32,570 nt of DNA, from NCBI GenBank assembly GCA_003449515.1, contig DMHI01000281.1:1-32570 (forward strand), given 5' to 3'. Shown in pieces: positions 25,424-32,570 of this stretch (its first letter is position 1; the number at the start of each line of letters is the position of its first letter). The notes under the pieces were generated by a model. That model was given only the letters and a program-made list of their open reading frames with translations. It was not told the origin of the DNA and searched no databases. This DNA comes from Lysobacteraceae bacterium (GTDB lineage Bacteria > Pseudomonadota > Gammaproteobacteria > Xanthomonadales > Xanthomonadaceae). Position numbers and translations under genes: made by a program.

Positions 25424-25457
25424 CGCCTGTTCTGCCCCGGCGCGGCCGGGGCGGGCC

Positions 25458-25958
25458 TTACAGCCAGATCGCCAGCGCGAAGATGCCCAGCATCGAGAAC
25501 GCCACGGCCAGCTTCAGCGCCGCCGCCACCGCCAAGCCGATCCAGGTGGCAGCACCCACCCGCGCCGCTTCGCCGACGCTCGCGTTGTCATAGGCCCTGC
25601 GGTGGATCAGCTCGCCGGCCACCGCACCGACGAAGGGCCCGACGAGCAGGCCGATGATGCCGAACAGCAGGCCGAACAGCGTGCCGATCGCGGCACCCAG
25701 CACGGCTTTCCCCGAGGCCCCCGCCCGCTTGGCGCCCATCGCCGTCGCAATGAAGTCGATGCCCAGTGCCAGCAGCGACATCAGGCCCAGCACCAGCAGG
25801 GTCCAGCCGCCGATGATCTGGAAATCACCCACCCAGGCCGCCAGCAGCATGCCGCCGAAGATCAGCGGCATGCCGGGCAGCACCGGCAGGAAGGTGCCCA
25901 GCAGTCCGATGAAAACCAGTGCGCCCGCGAGCACGTAGAGCCAAACCGTCGTGTCCAT
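25458..25958 (-). CDS. DUF456-family membrane protein, 166 aa
   Basis: GLLGTFLPVLPG, GAKRAGASG, GPFVGAVAGEL; very hydrophobic. Confidence 0.85.
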   Translation of the reverse strand: MDTTVWLYVLAGALVFIGLLGTFLPVLPGMPLIFGGMLLAAWVGDFQIIGGWTLLVLGLMSLLALGIDFIATAMGAKRAGASGKAVLGAAIGTLFGLLFGIIGLLVGPFVGAVAGELIHRRAYDNASVGEAARVGAATWIGLAVAAALKLAVAFSMLGIFALAIWL

Positions 25959-25966
25959 CGTCGTCC

Positions 25967-27121
25967 TTATGCGGCACTGCCGCCGCGCGCCCAGAGGACG
26001 TTGAGGCTACCGAGCCCGGCGCGGTACTGCGACACCGGGACAATCTCGTTGATCGCGGTTTCAGGATTGCGACCGTCGCGGATCTGCGGGTAGGCCAGCG
26101 GTGCGCCATCGCGGCCGATCACGCAGCGCAGTTGCGGATAGGCGCCATCGGTGGTGCGACGCACCGCCACCGCGATCTCGCCATTGGCCAGCCGCACCAT
26201 CGTGCCCGGCGGGTAGACCCCGAGTTCCTTGATGAACAGCGTGGCCAGCCGCTCGTCGATGCGCTGGCCGCGTTCGAGGAAGATGTCGCGCAGGGCGATC
26301 CGCGAGGGCTGCGCGTCGCGGTAGGCTCGCGGGCGGATCATCGCGCTGTAGATGTCGACGATGCCGAGGATGCGCGCCTCGAGCGACACCGCATCGCCGG
26401 AGAGGCCGCGCGGGTAGCCGGTGCCATCGACGCGCTCGTGGTGGTCGCGCATCGCGGCGAGCCACACCGGATCATCGACGCCGGCGCGCTCGAGCAGGGT
26501 CACGCCGGTCAGCGTGTGTTCCTGGATGGCGCGCCACTGGGCGTCGGAGAGCGGTGTGGTCTGCGCCGCCAGGAGTTCGCTCATCGGCGCCAGTGCGACG
26601 TCGAAGGTCAAGGCCGCGCACATCAGGCTGAGGCGGTGGTCGGCCGCCAGGCCGCTCGGCAGTGCCAGCACCTGGCTCAGCACCGCGGCGTGCATCAGCC
26701 GGCGCGAGAGCCGATGGTCGGTGGCCTCGAGCTGCAGCAGGCCCATCGCCTGGTCGGGGTCTTGCTCGTAGGCGTCGCGAAGCTGTGCGGCCAGTGCCGA
26801 CACCCGCGCGGTAACGCCCTGGGCGGTGCCGGCGAGCAGGTCGCGATGGATCAGGGTGAGCTCGTCCTGGGCGTCGCGCAGCTTCACCGCCGGGCGCTCG
26901 GGGGTGAGTCGCGGGCGCGGCTCGTCCTGGCGCGTGGCATCGACGCGCGGCAGGCCCACGGTTTCCTCCACCATGCCACGCTCCTGCAGGCGCACCAGCA
27001 TCAGGTCGCTGTCGATCATGTGGCCCTTGACCAGCAGGGCCTTGCCCGTGCGGTCGAACACGGTGAAGGGCAGGGCGTCGCCCACGTGGAGGGGAATGTC
27101 GGGCAGGGGCCTGTAGCGCAT
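25967..27121 (-). CDS. HD-GYP domain protein with degenerate HD motif, 384 aa
   Basis: HHERVDGTGYPRGL, DIYSAMIRPRAYR, LGVYPPGTMVRLANGEIAV; the HD position reads ALTFDV. Confidence 0.88.
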   Translation of the reverse strand: MRYRPLPDIPLHVGDALPFTVFDRTGKALLVKGHMIDSDLMLVRLQERGMVEETVGLPRVDATRQDEPRPRLTPERPAVKLRDAQDELTLIHRDLLAGTAQGVTARVSALAAQLRDAYEQDPDQAMGLLQLEATDHRLSRRLMHAAVLSQVLALPSGLAADHRLSLMCAALTFDVALAPMSELLAAQTTPLSDAQWRAIQEHTLTGVTLLERAGVDDPVWLAAMRDHHERVDGTGYPRGLSGDAVSLEARILGIVDIYSAMIRPRAYRDAQPSRIALRDIFLERGQRIDERLATLFIKELGVYPPGTMVRLANGEIAVAVRRTTDGAYPQLRCVIGRDGAPLAYPQIRDGRNPETAINEIVPVSQYRAGLGSLNVLWARGGSAA

Positions 27122-27189
27122 CGCGGGCTCGGCGGGGACAACCGGCGCAGCGTAGCGCAGGTGCGGGCCTGCGCCGGGGCCTTCCGGGG

Positions 27190-29490
27190 TCAAAAACGGT
27201 AACGCAGCTTGGCGAGGAACTGGTCGGCATCGCGCAGGGCCAGCGCCTCGTCGAGCAGGTCGAGGGTGGAGTCGCCATCGCGCTCCTCACGCAGAAAGCC
27301 CCCGCGCGACCAGACCAGGAAGAAATCCGACTGCGCGGCGAACTCCCAGCGGTAGCGCACCTGCACGCCGAAATTGTTGATGGCGAAGTCCGGCTCGGCA
27401 CCGTCCACCGGGCGGGCGATGGCATCGGCCCCGAGGCGGTAGCGCCGGCCCTCGCGGGCGCGGATGGCCAGCCACTCGGCCTTGAGGCGCAGTTCGTGCT
27501 TCGGTGCCGGGAACCAGTTCATGCCGATGTTGGCGGCGTCCAGCCGCCGGCTGTGGCGTGCGAAGCGGGTGCCTTCCTTCCAGATCAGCCAGTCCGGGCT
27601 CCACATCGGCTCGATCTCGGCGGTCAGGTTGAAGGCGTCGGTGGGGAACCAGTAGAGCTGCAGATCGGCTTCGACGGCGACCGCGCGCGACAGGCCCTCC
27701 GGCCGCGCCACAACGTGGAAGTCCCAGCCCAGCGGGCCGTCCCGGTTCGGGATCCAGGCGATGAAGCCCTCGGCGCGCGAACTGCGGCGGAGCAGGCCGT
27801 TGCCGCGCGACACCAGATCGTCGAAGCCGTCGCTGCGCGGCAGCAGGCCAACCTCGACCACCGAGCCATCGCGCAGGGTGGCGCTGGCCTCGAGCACCAG
27901 CCAGGTCGGCAGGCGCACGCCGGCATCGCTGCGCCGGGCCTGCAGCTCGGCGTACCAGCGCGTCGAGGCGATCGGGCCGTCGCTGCCGGCGAGCACATGC
28001 GTGTATTCGCCGAGCAGCTCGAGCTCGTTCAGGCTGCTGCGGCGCAGGAAGCCCATGTCGTTGACATCGAGGCTCCGCCCGAAGTGGGTGGCCTCGACCT
28101 CGTAGCGCCACGCCGGCGACGGGTTCCAGTTCGCCCGCAGCCAGCCGCCCTGGCCCTGGCGCTCGATGCCGCGCTGCTCCACCCACGAGCCCAGCAGCTG
28201 CGCATTGACCAGCAGCGAGGGCCCGGCTTGCCAGCGCAGGTCGGTGGCCTGCACGGTGGCGGTGCGATCGAGGAAGGGACGCTCGACGTGCGTACCGAGC
28301 CAGCCGACACCCAGCTGTGGGCTGGCCTCCCACAGCAGCCGACCGACGGCGGAATCCCGGCCGGCATCGCCGTCCTCGCTGGCGCCGAACAGGCCGTAGC
28401 CGAGACCGCCCCAGCTGCCGTTGGCCTTCAGCGCGATGTCGATGTCGGAGACGCCGGATCCGTCGTCCGCTGGCCCGCCGACGCGCCGGGTGTAGACCAG
28501 TTGGCCGTTGTCGGGCGTGCGCAGGTCGAAGAAGGCCTGGTTCTCGGTGAAGAACGGCCGGCGGTCGCTGAAGAACACCTCGACCGCCTCGAAGTTCACC
28601 ACCAGGTCATCGGCTTCCACCTGCCCGAAGTCGGGGTTCAGCGCGGCCGAGAGCTGGAAGCCGGCCGAGGGCTTCCAGAACAGGTCGGCACCGGTTTTCC
28701 AGCGCATGTCGCCGTCGATCTGGTCGTGGATCACCGTCGCATACGGCCACACATGCAGCAGCGAGGCCGGGTACTGCGGGATCTCGACGCGGGCGAACTC
28801 GGAAACGAAGCGGCCGCGCAAGAACGAGGTCGCCGGCCAGCCGTGGCGCTCGCTGCGCGAGGCCACCACGCGGTCGAGGTGCAGGCCGATGGTGCGCGTC
28901 GGCGCATCGGCGCCGCGCATCGCCGTGATCGTCCACGGGATCAGGATCTCGGCGCTCCAGCCGCCGTCACCCACCAGCGCGGCGTGTTGCCAGTCGCCGT
29001 CGAAGTCGGGGCTGAACAGCGTCTCGTTGGTGACCGTGTTGTCCTGGATCGAGCCCGAGGCGAGCACCGTGAAGTTGTAGGCCACGCGGCCGTCGGCGTC
29101 GAAGTCGATGTAGACATTGATGCGGTCGGCGGTGGTCATCACATCGCGCGCGACCTGCGGGGCCAGCAGCGGAACCTCTGCCGGCTGCGCGAGCCGGAAA
29201 CCGAGGGCGATGCCGGCGGGCGTGGCACGCAGCAGCACCTCGGTGGCCAGCGAGCCATCGGGTGCGGCGCGGGTCCACGGCTCGACCACCACGAAGTCGT
29301 CGAAGCGTTGCGCGCCGGCCCATTCGTCGGCATCCAGCCGGCCATCGACGCGCACCGGCACGGCCGATGCGCTCGCGGTGGCGGCAAGCACGGGCGTCGA
29401 GAAAACGGCGGCGGTGGCGAGGGCGAACACGATCGCCAGCGCAAGGGCGGGGGGTCGCGGCGCGCGCGACGGGCGGTCAGGGACAGTCAT
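27190..29490 (-). CDS. DUF5916-type outer-membrane protein with N-terminal CBM9-like domain, 766 aa
   Basis: Signal peptide; VDGRLDADEW, WSAEILIPW, LNPDFGQVEADD, FFSDRRPFFTE, YTRRVG, NDMGF; C-terminal beta-signal KLRYRF. Confidence 0.82.
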   Translation of the reverse strand: MTVPDRPSRAPRPPALALAIVFALATAAVFSTPVLAATASASAVPVRVDGRLDADEWAGAQRFDDFVVVEPWTRAAPDGSLATEVLLRATPAGIALGFRLAQPAEVPLLAPQVARDVMTTADRINVYIDFDADGRVAYNFTVLASGSIQDNTVTNETLFSPDFDGDWQHAALVGDGGWSAEILIPWTITAMRGADAPTRTIGLHLDRVVASRSERHGWPATSFLRGRFVSEFARVEIPQYPASLLHVWPYATVIHDQIDGDMRWKTGADLFWKPSAGFQLSAALNPDFGQVEADDLVVNFEAVEVFFSDRRPFFTENQAFFDLRTPDNGQLVYTRRVGGPADDGSGVSDIDIALKANGSWGGLGYGLFGASEDGDAGRDSAVGRLLWEASPQLGVGWLGTHVERPFLDRTATVQATDLRWQAGPSLLVNAQLLGSWVEQRGIERQGQGGWLRANWNPSPAWRYEVEATHFGRSLDVNDMGFLRRSSLNELELLGEYTHVLAGSDGPIASTRWYAELQARRSDAGVRLPTWLVLEASATLRDGSVVEVGLLPRSDGFDDLVSRGNGLLRRSSRAEGFIAWIPNRDGPLGWDFHVVARPEGLSRAVAVEADLQLYWFPTDAFNLTAEIEPMWSPDWLIWKEGTRFARHSRRLDAANIGMNWFPAPKHELRLKAEWLAIRAREGRRYRLGADAIARPVDGAEPDFAINNFGVQVRYRWEFAAQSDFFLVWSRGGFLREERDGDSTLDLLDEALALRDADQFLAKLRYRF

Positions 29491-29548
29491 GCACCGAGTC
29501 TGGCACTCGGCGTTGGCACCGGCATGTGTCGTAGGCCATGCTCTGACG

Positions 29549-30406
29549 ATGACCCCTGCAAATCCGGCTGCGCCGCAGACGCCGCCTTCACCCGACCGCC
29601 GCGCTCCCCATGCGGCCCTGCTCTGGTTGCCGGCGCTCGGGGTGCCGGCACGCAAGTACCAGCGCCTCGCGGCGGCGCTGGCCGCGCGTGGCATCGCCTG
29701 CCACCTGCACGAGTGGCGCGGCACGGGTGAGCACCCGGCGCGCCCGTCGCGTCAGCAGGACTGGGGGTATGCCGAGTTGCTGCTCGACGATATTCCGGCC
29801 AGCCTGCGCCAACTGGAATCGCGCCATCACGGTCTGCCGATGCTGCTCGGCGGCCACAGCATCGGTGCGCAGTTCGCGGTGCTCGCCGCGGCGCTGCATG
29901 GTGCCGGCGTCGGCCTCGTGGCGGTGGGTGGCGGCGTGCCGCACTGGCGCCACTTCCGCGGCGCGCTGCGCTGGGTGGTGGGCGGCTTCGGACTCGCGCT
30001 GCCGCCGCTCACCGGCGCGCTCGGCGTCTATCCGGGCCACCGGCTCGGTTTTGCCGGCCGCGAGGCCGGCGGGCTCATGCGCGACTGGGCGCAGACCGTG
30101 CGCCGCGGCCACTACGACGGCCTGCGCGATCTGCCCGCCAACCTCGGCGCGCGGATCGCTCAGGTGCGTCAACCCCTCCTCGGACTCCGGCTCGCCGATG
30201 ACCGGCTGGTGCCGGAGGCATCGATGCGCGCCCTGCTGGCGGCCACCGGCAGCCGGTCGCGCGATGAGCGGGTGCTCGATGCGCAGGCCCTCGGGGTGGC
30301 GGCCGACCACTTCGCCTGGATGCGCGCGCCGGATGGGGTGGCCGAGGCGATCGCCGGCTGGTGGACGACCGAGGCGGCGTCCGCCGCACCCGCCCTCAGC
30401 TCTTGA
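29549..30406 (+). CDS. Alpha/beta hydrolase, 285 aa
   Basis: LPALGVPARKY, WRGTG, DWGY, nucleophile GHSIG, Asp in DDRLVP, His in DHFAWMRAP. Confidence 0.82.
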   Translation: MTPANPAAPQTPPSPDRRAPHAALLWLPALGVPARKYQRLAAALAARGIACHLHEWRGTGEHPARPSRQQDWGYAELLLDDIPASLRQLESRHHGLPMLLGGHSIGAQFAVLAAALHGAGVGLVAVGGGVPHWRHFRGALRWVVGGFGLALPPLTGALGVYPGHRLGFAGREAGGLMRDWAQTVRRGHYDGLRDLPANLGARIAQVRQPLLGLRLADDRLVPEASMRALLAATGSRSRDERVLDAQALGVAADHFAWMRAPDGVAEAIAGWWTTEAASAAPALSS

Positions 30407-30794
30407 ACTGCTGGTGGCAGGCCTTGCAGGTGGCGCTGATGGCGTCCAGCGCGGTGTCGGCCTGCACGCAGTCGGCGGGTGCGCCGGCTGCTGCGCTCGC
30501 CACCGCCGCGCGGTAGTCGGCGGCAAGCGCGCTGAAGGCGGCGTCGTCAGCCGTGGGCAGGAAGGCCGGCTCGAGATCGTTGCCGAGCGCCACCAGGGTG
30601 GCCAGCGGCGTGACGAGATCGTCGGCACTGCAGGCGCCGGCCTTCAGGCTGGCATCGAGATGGCCCATCTGTGCGGCCATCACCGCCATCACGCCGTTCG
30701 GGTAGGCGGTGTCCTTGCGCAGCGTGTTCAACGCGATCACCGTCATCAGCACTCCGGCCACCAGGCCGACCACCAAGGCCACCACGCTCCGCAT
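30396..30794 (-). CDS. Cytochrome c'-like (class II) c-type cytochrome, 132 aa
   Basis: N-terminal hydrophobic segment, helical Ala-rich body, C-terminal CKACH heme motif; GGGAG RBS. Confidence 0.8.
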   Translation of the reverse strand: MRSVVALVVGLVAGVLMTVIALNTLRKDTAYPNGVMAVMAAQMGHLDASLKAGACSADDLVTPLATLVALGNDLEPAFLPTADDAAFSALAADYRAAVASAAAGAPADCVQADTALDAISATCKACHQQFKS

Positions 30795-30842
30795 GTCGCT
30801 CGCTCCCACCGCCGAAGTCGGCGACGACGATAGCAGAGCGGA

Positions 30843-31328
30843 TCAGCGCAGCGGGATGATGCGGCGCCCGTCGAGTCGCACGTAGGCACCGGTGCCGACA
30901 CCCGCCGGCAGGCGGGTCACGTTGACGGTGACACGGCGCCCGTCGTCCATCCGCACGGTGACGTCGAAGGTTTCCTCGTTCATGCGGTTCTCGATGGCGT
31001 TGCCGGCCACCGCACCGGCGACCGCGCCGGCCACGGTGGCGGTGTTCTGCCGGCCACGGCTGCGGTCATCGGCGATCTCGCGGCCGACGATGCCGCCCAG
31101 CACGCCGCCCAGCACGGCACCGGTGCGGCTGTTGTCGCGGCCATTCATCACCCGGACGATGTGCTCGACGGTGCCGCAGTCGAAGCAGCGCTGCGGCTGC
31201 GCGTGGGGCGCGGGTTCGTACTGGACGTAGCGCCGCGTCTGCGGCTGCGAGGCGCAGCCAGCGAGGCCCAGCACGATGGCGGCGGTGCCGATGGCGGCGG
31301 TGGTGCGGAGCAGGCGGGTCTGGGGCAT
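30843..31328 (-). CDS. Glycine-zipper 2TM outer-membrane lipoprotein (SlyB-like)
   Basis: Lipobox LAGC; GAVLGGVLGGIVG and AGAVAGAVAGNAIE; VTVRMDDG. Confidence 0.85.
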   Translation of the reverse strand: MPQTRLLRTTAAIGTAAIVLGLAGCASQPQTRRYVQYEPAPHAQPQRCFDCGTVEHIVRVMNGRDNSRTGAVLGGVLGGIVGREIADDRSRGRQNTATVAGAVAGAVAGNAIENRMNEETFDVTVRMDDGRRVTVNVTRLPAGVGTGAYVRLDGRRIIPLR

Positions 31329-31440
31329 GGGGGGTCTCCGGTGGGGGGTGTGCGCTGAACGCTAGTCGCAGCCGTCTGAACGGACGCCATCGCGATCGGG
31401 ATCGCCGGCACCGCTGGCGTCGACCCGTACACTGCCGGAC

Positions 31441-32253
31441 ATGTCCCGACCGGCCGCACCGCCAGCCCTCACCGCCGATCCGCGCTTTGCCGGCATCGAC
31501 CGTCTCTACGGCGTGGGCACGGTCGCGCGTCTGGCCTCCAGGCACGTTGCCGTGGTCGGACTGGGCGGCGTCGGCTCGTGGGCGGCCGAGGCGCTGGTGC
31601 GCAGCGGTGTGGGCCGCATCACCCTGATCGACGCCGACGACCTCTGCGTGTCGAACACCAACCGCCAGCTGCATGCCCTCGAGGGCGAGTACGGCCGCAA
31701 CAAGGCCGAGGTGCTGGCCGAGCGCTTCCGCCGCATCAACCCGGCGCTCGAGGTGCACGCCATCGCCGATTTCGTCACCCCGGCGAATCTCGCCGAACGC
31801 CTCGATCCGGGCTTCGACCTCGTGCTCGACGCCTTCGACAGCTTCCGCGCCAAGGTCGAGACGATCGCCTTCTGCCGCCGGCGCAAGCAGCCGATCGTCG
31901 TGGTCGGCTCGGCCGGCGGGCGCATCGACCCGACGCTGGTGCGCATCCGCGACCTCTCGCGCACCGAGCACGATGCGTTGCTGGCGCTGGTGCGGAAAAA
32001 ACTCCGCGGCGAGTTCAACTTCCCGAAGAACAAGGACCGCTACTTCGGCGTGCCGGCGGTCTATTCGCTGGAGAACGTGCGCTACCCGCAGGCCGACGGC
32101 ACGGTCTGCGGCCTGCGCCCCCCGCTCGACGCCGACGCCGCGCTGAAGCTCGACTGCGGCATGGGCCTTGGCGCGGCGACGCACCTCACCGGCACCTTCG
32201 CCTTCGTGGCAGCGGGCAAAGCGATCGAGGTGCTGCTCAAAAAAGCGGATTGA
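31441..32253 (+). CDS. tcdA: tRNA threonylcarbamoyladenosine dehydratase (ThiF/E1-like)
   Basis: RFAGIDRLYG, VVGLGGVGSWAAEALVRSGVG, SNTNRQLHA, GSAGGRIDPT, VYSLE, LDCGMGLGAATHLTGTF. Confidence 0.92.
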   Translation: MSRPAAPPALTADPRFAGIDRLYGVGTVARLASRHVAVVGLGGVGSWAAEALVRSGVGRITLIDADDLCVSNTNRQLHALEGEYGRNKAEVLAERFRRINPALEVHAIADFVTPANLAERLDPGFDLVLDAFDSFRAKVETIAFCRRRKQPIVVVGSAGGRIDPTLVRIRDLSRTEHDALLALVRKKLRGEFNFPKNKDRYFGVPAVYSLENVRYPQADGTVCGLRPPLDADAALKLDCGMGLGAATHLTGTFAFVAAGKAIEVLLKKAD

Positions 32254-32325
32254 AGCGCCGGTTCGACCGGGCAGCACCACCAGGAACTCACGCCGTCGGC
32301 GACTGTCGCGGCGCGCCAGACGCCG

Positions 32326-32570
32326 TCACGCTCCGAACAGCGACCAGGCGTTGCGGCGCGTGGCTTCGGCCACCGTCGCTTCATCCACGCCGCGCAGCCG
32401 CGCCACCTCGCGCAGCACGTCGACGAGGAAGGCCGGCTCGTTGCGCTGGCCGCGGCGCGCGGCGTCGGGCTGGTCGGGGCTGTCGGTTTCGATGAGCAGA
32501 TGCTCGATCGGCATGGCCGCGACCGTGCGGCGCAGGCGCTGCGCGCGCTCGAAGGTGACGGGACCGCCGA
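32326..32570 (-). CDS. TatD-family hydrolase (YjjV-like), C-terminal fragment running off the window
   Basis: GGPVTFERAQRLRRTVAAMPIEHLLIETDSPDQP..GQRNEPA..TRRNAWSLF. Confidence 0.85.
   Translation of the reverse strand, partial: GGPVTFERAQRLRRTVAAMPIEHLLIETDSPDQPDAARRGQRNEPAFLVDVLREVARLRGVDEATVAEATRRNAWSLFGA

Noticed and set aside
25432..25454. GC hairpin between convergent ybbP and DUF456
   Set aside because: Stem is present but there is no U-tract on either strand; too weak to call a terminator
56..32495. Many long alternative-frame or antisense ORFs (e.g. 56-1891, 11009-13666, 22568-24925, 27496-29730)
   Set aside because: Arg/Ala/Pro-rich shadow ORFs expected in high-GC DNA; each overlaps a gene with clear family motifs
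1..32570. CRISPR arrays, tRNA/rRNA genes, integrases, transposases, att sites flanking the msh locus
   Set aside because: None recognisable by eye; intergenic spaces are short and no regularly spaced repeats were seen

Overview
High-GC bacterial chromosomal window, most likely from a Xanthomonadales (Lysobacterales)-like gammaproteobacterium, judged from recalled similarity of GreB and neighbouring genes. Bases 1-27 are untrimmed Illumina TruSeq adapter, so this is a contig end. Bases 28-10711 carry the 3' part of an MSHA-type type IVa pilus locus in Vibrio-like order (mshN partial, mshE with an MshEN c-di-GMP motif, mshG, mshF-like, two MshB/MshA-like pilins bracketed by a promoter and an intrinsic terminator, mshC, mshD, mshO, mshP, and a 1194-aa mshQ whose 5' three quarters look compositionally distinct). 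The rest is housekeeping or accessory genes: greB, an AbgT transporter, a DUF853 ATPase, an SLT/LysM transglycosylase, two alpha/beta hydrolases, a COG2521-like methyltransferase, DUF3297, DUF4105, SemiSWEET, a TonB_C-like exported protein, a lipocalin, a spermidine-synthase-like protein, tesA-ybbAP, DUF456, a degenerate HD-GYP protein, a DUF5916 outer-membrane protein, a cytochrome c'-like protein, a glycine-zipper lipoprotein, tcdA and a partial TatD. The most novel-looking item is not in the ORF track: a 22-aa, 50% Lys/Arg micro-ORF (17972-18040, minus strand) with its own RBS and promoter-like signal, heading a DUF3297 + methyltransferase operon. No rRNA, tRNA, CRISPR array or mobile element was seen. 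All family assignments come from motif recognition by eye, not from database searches.
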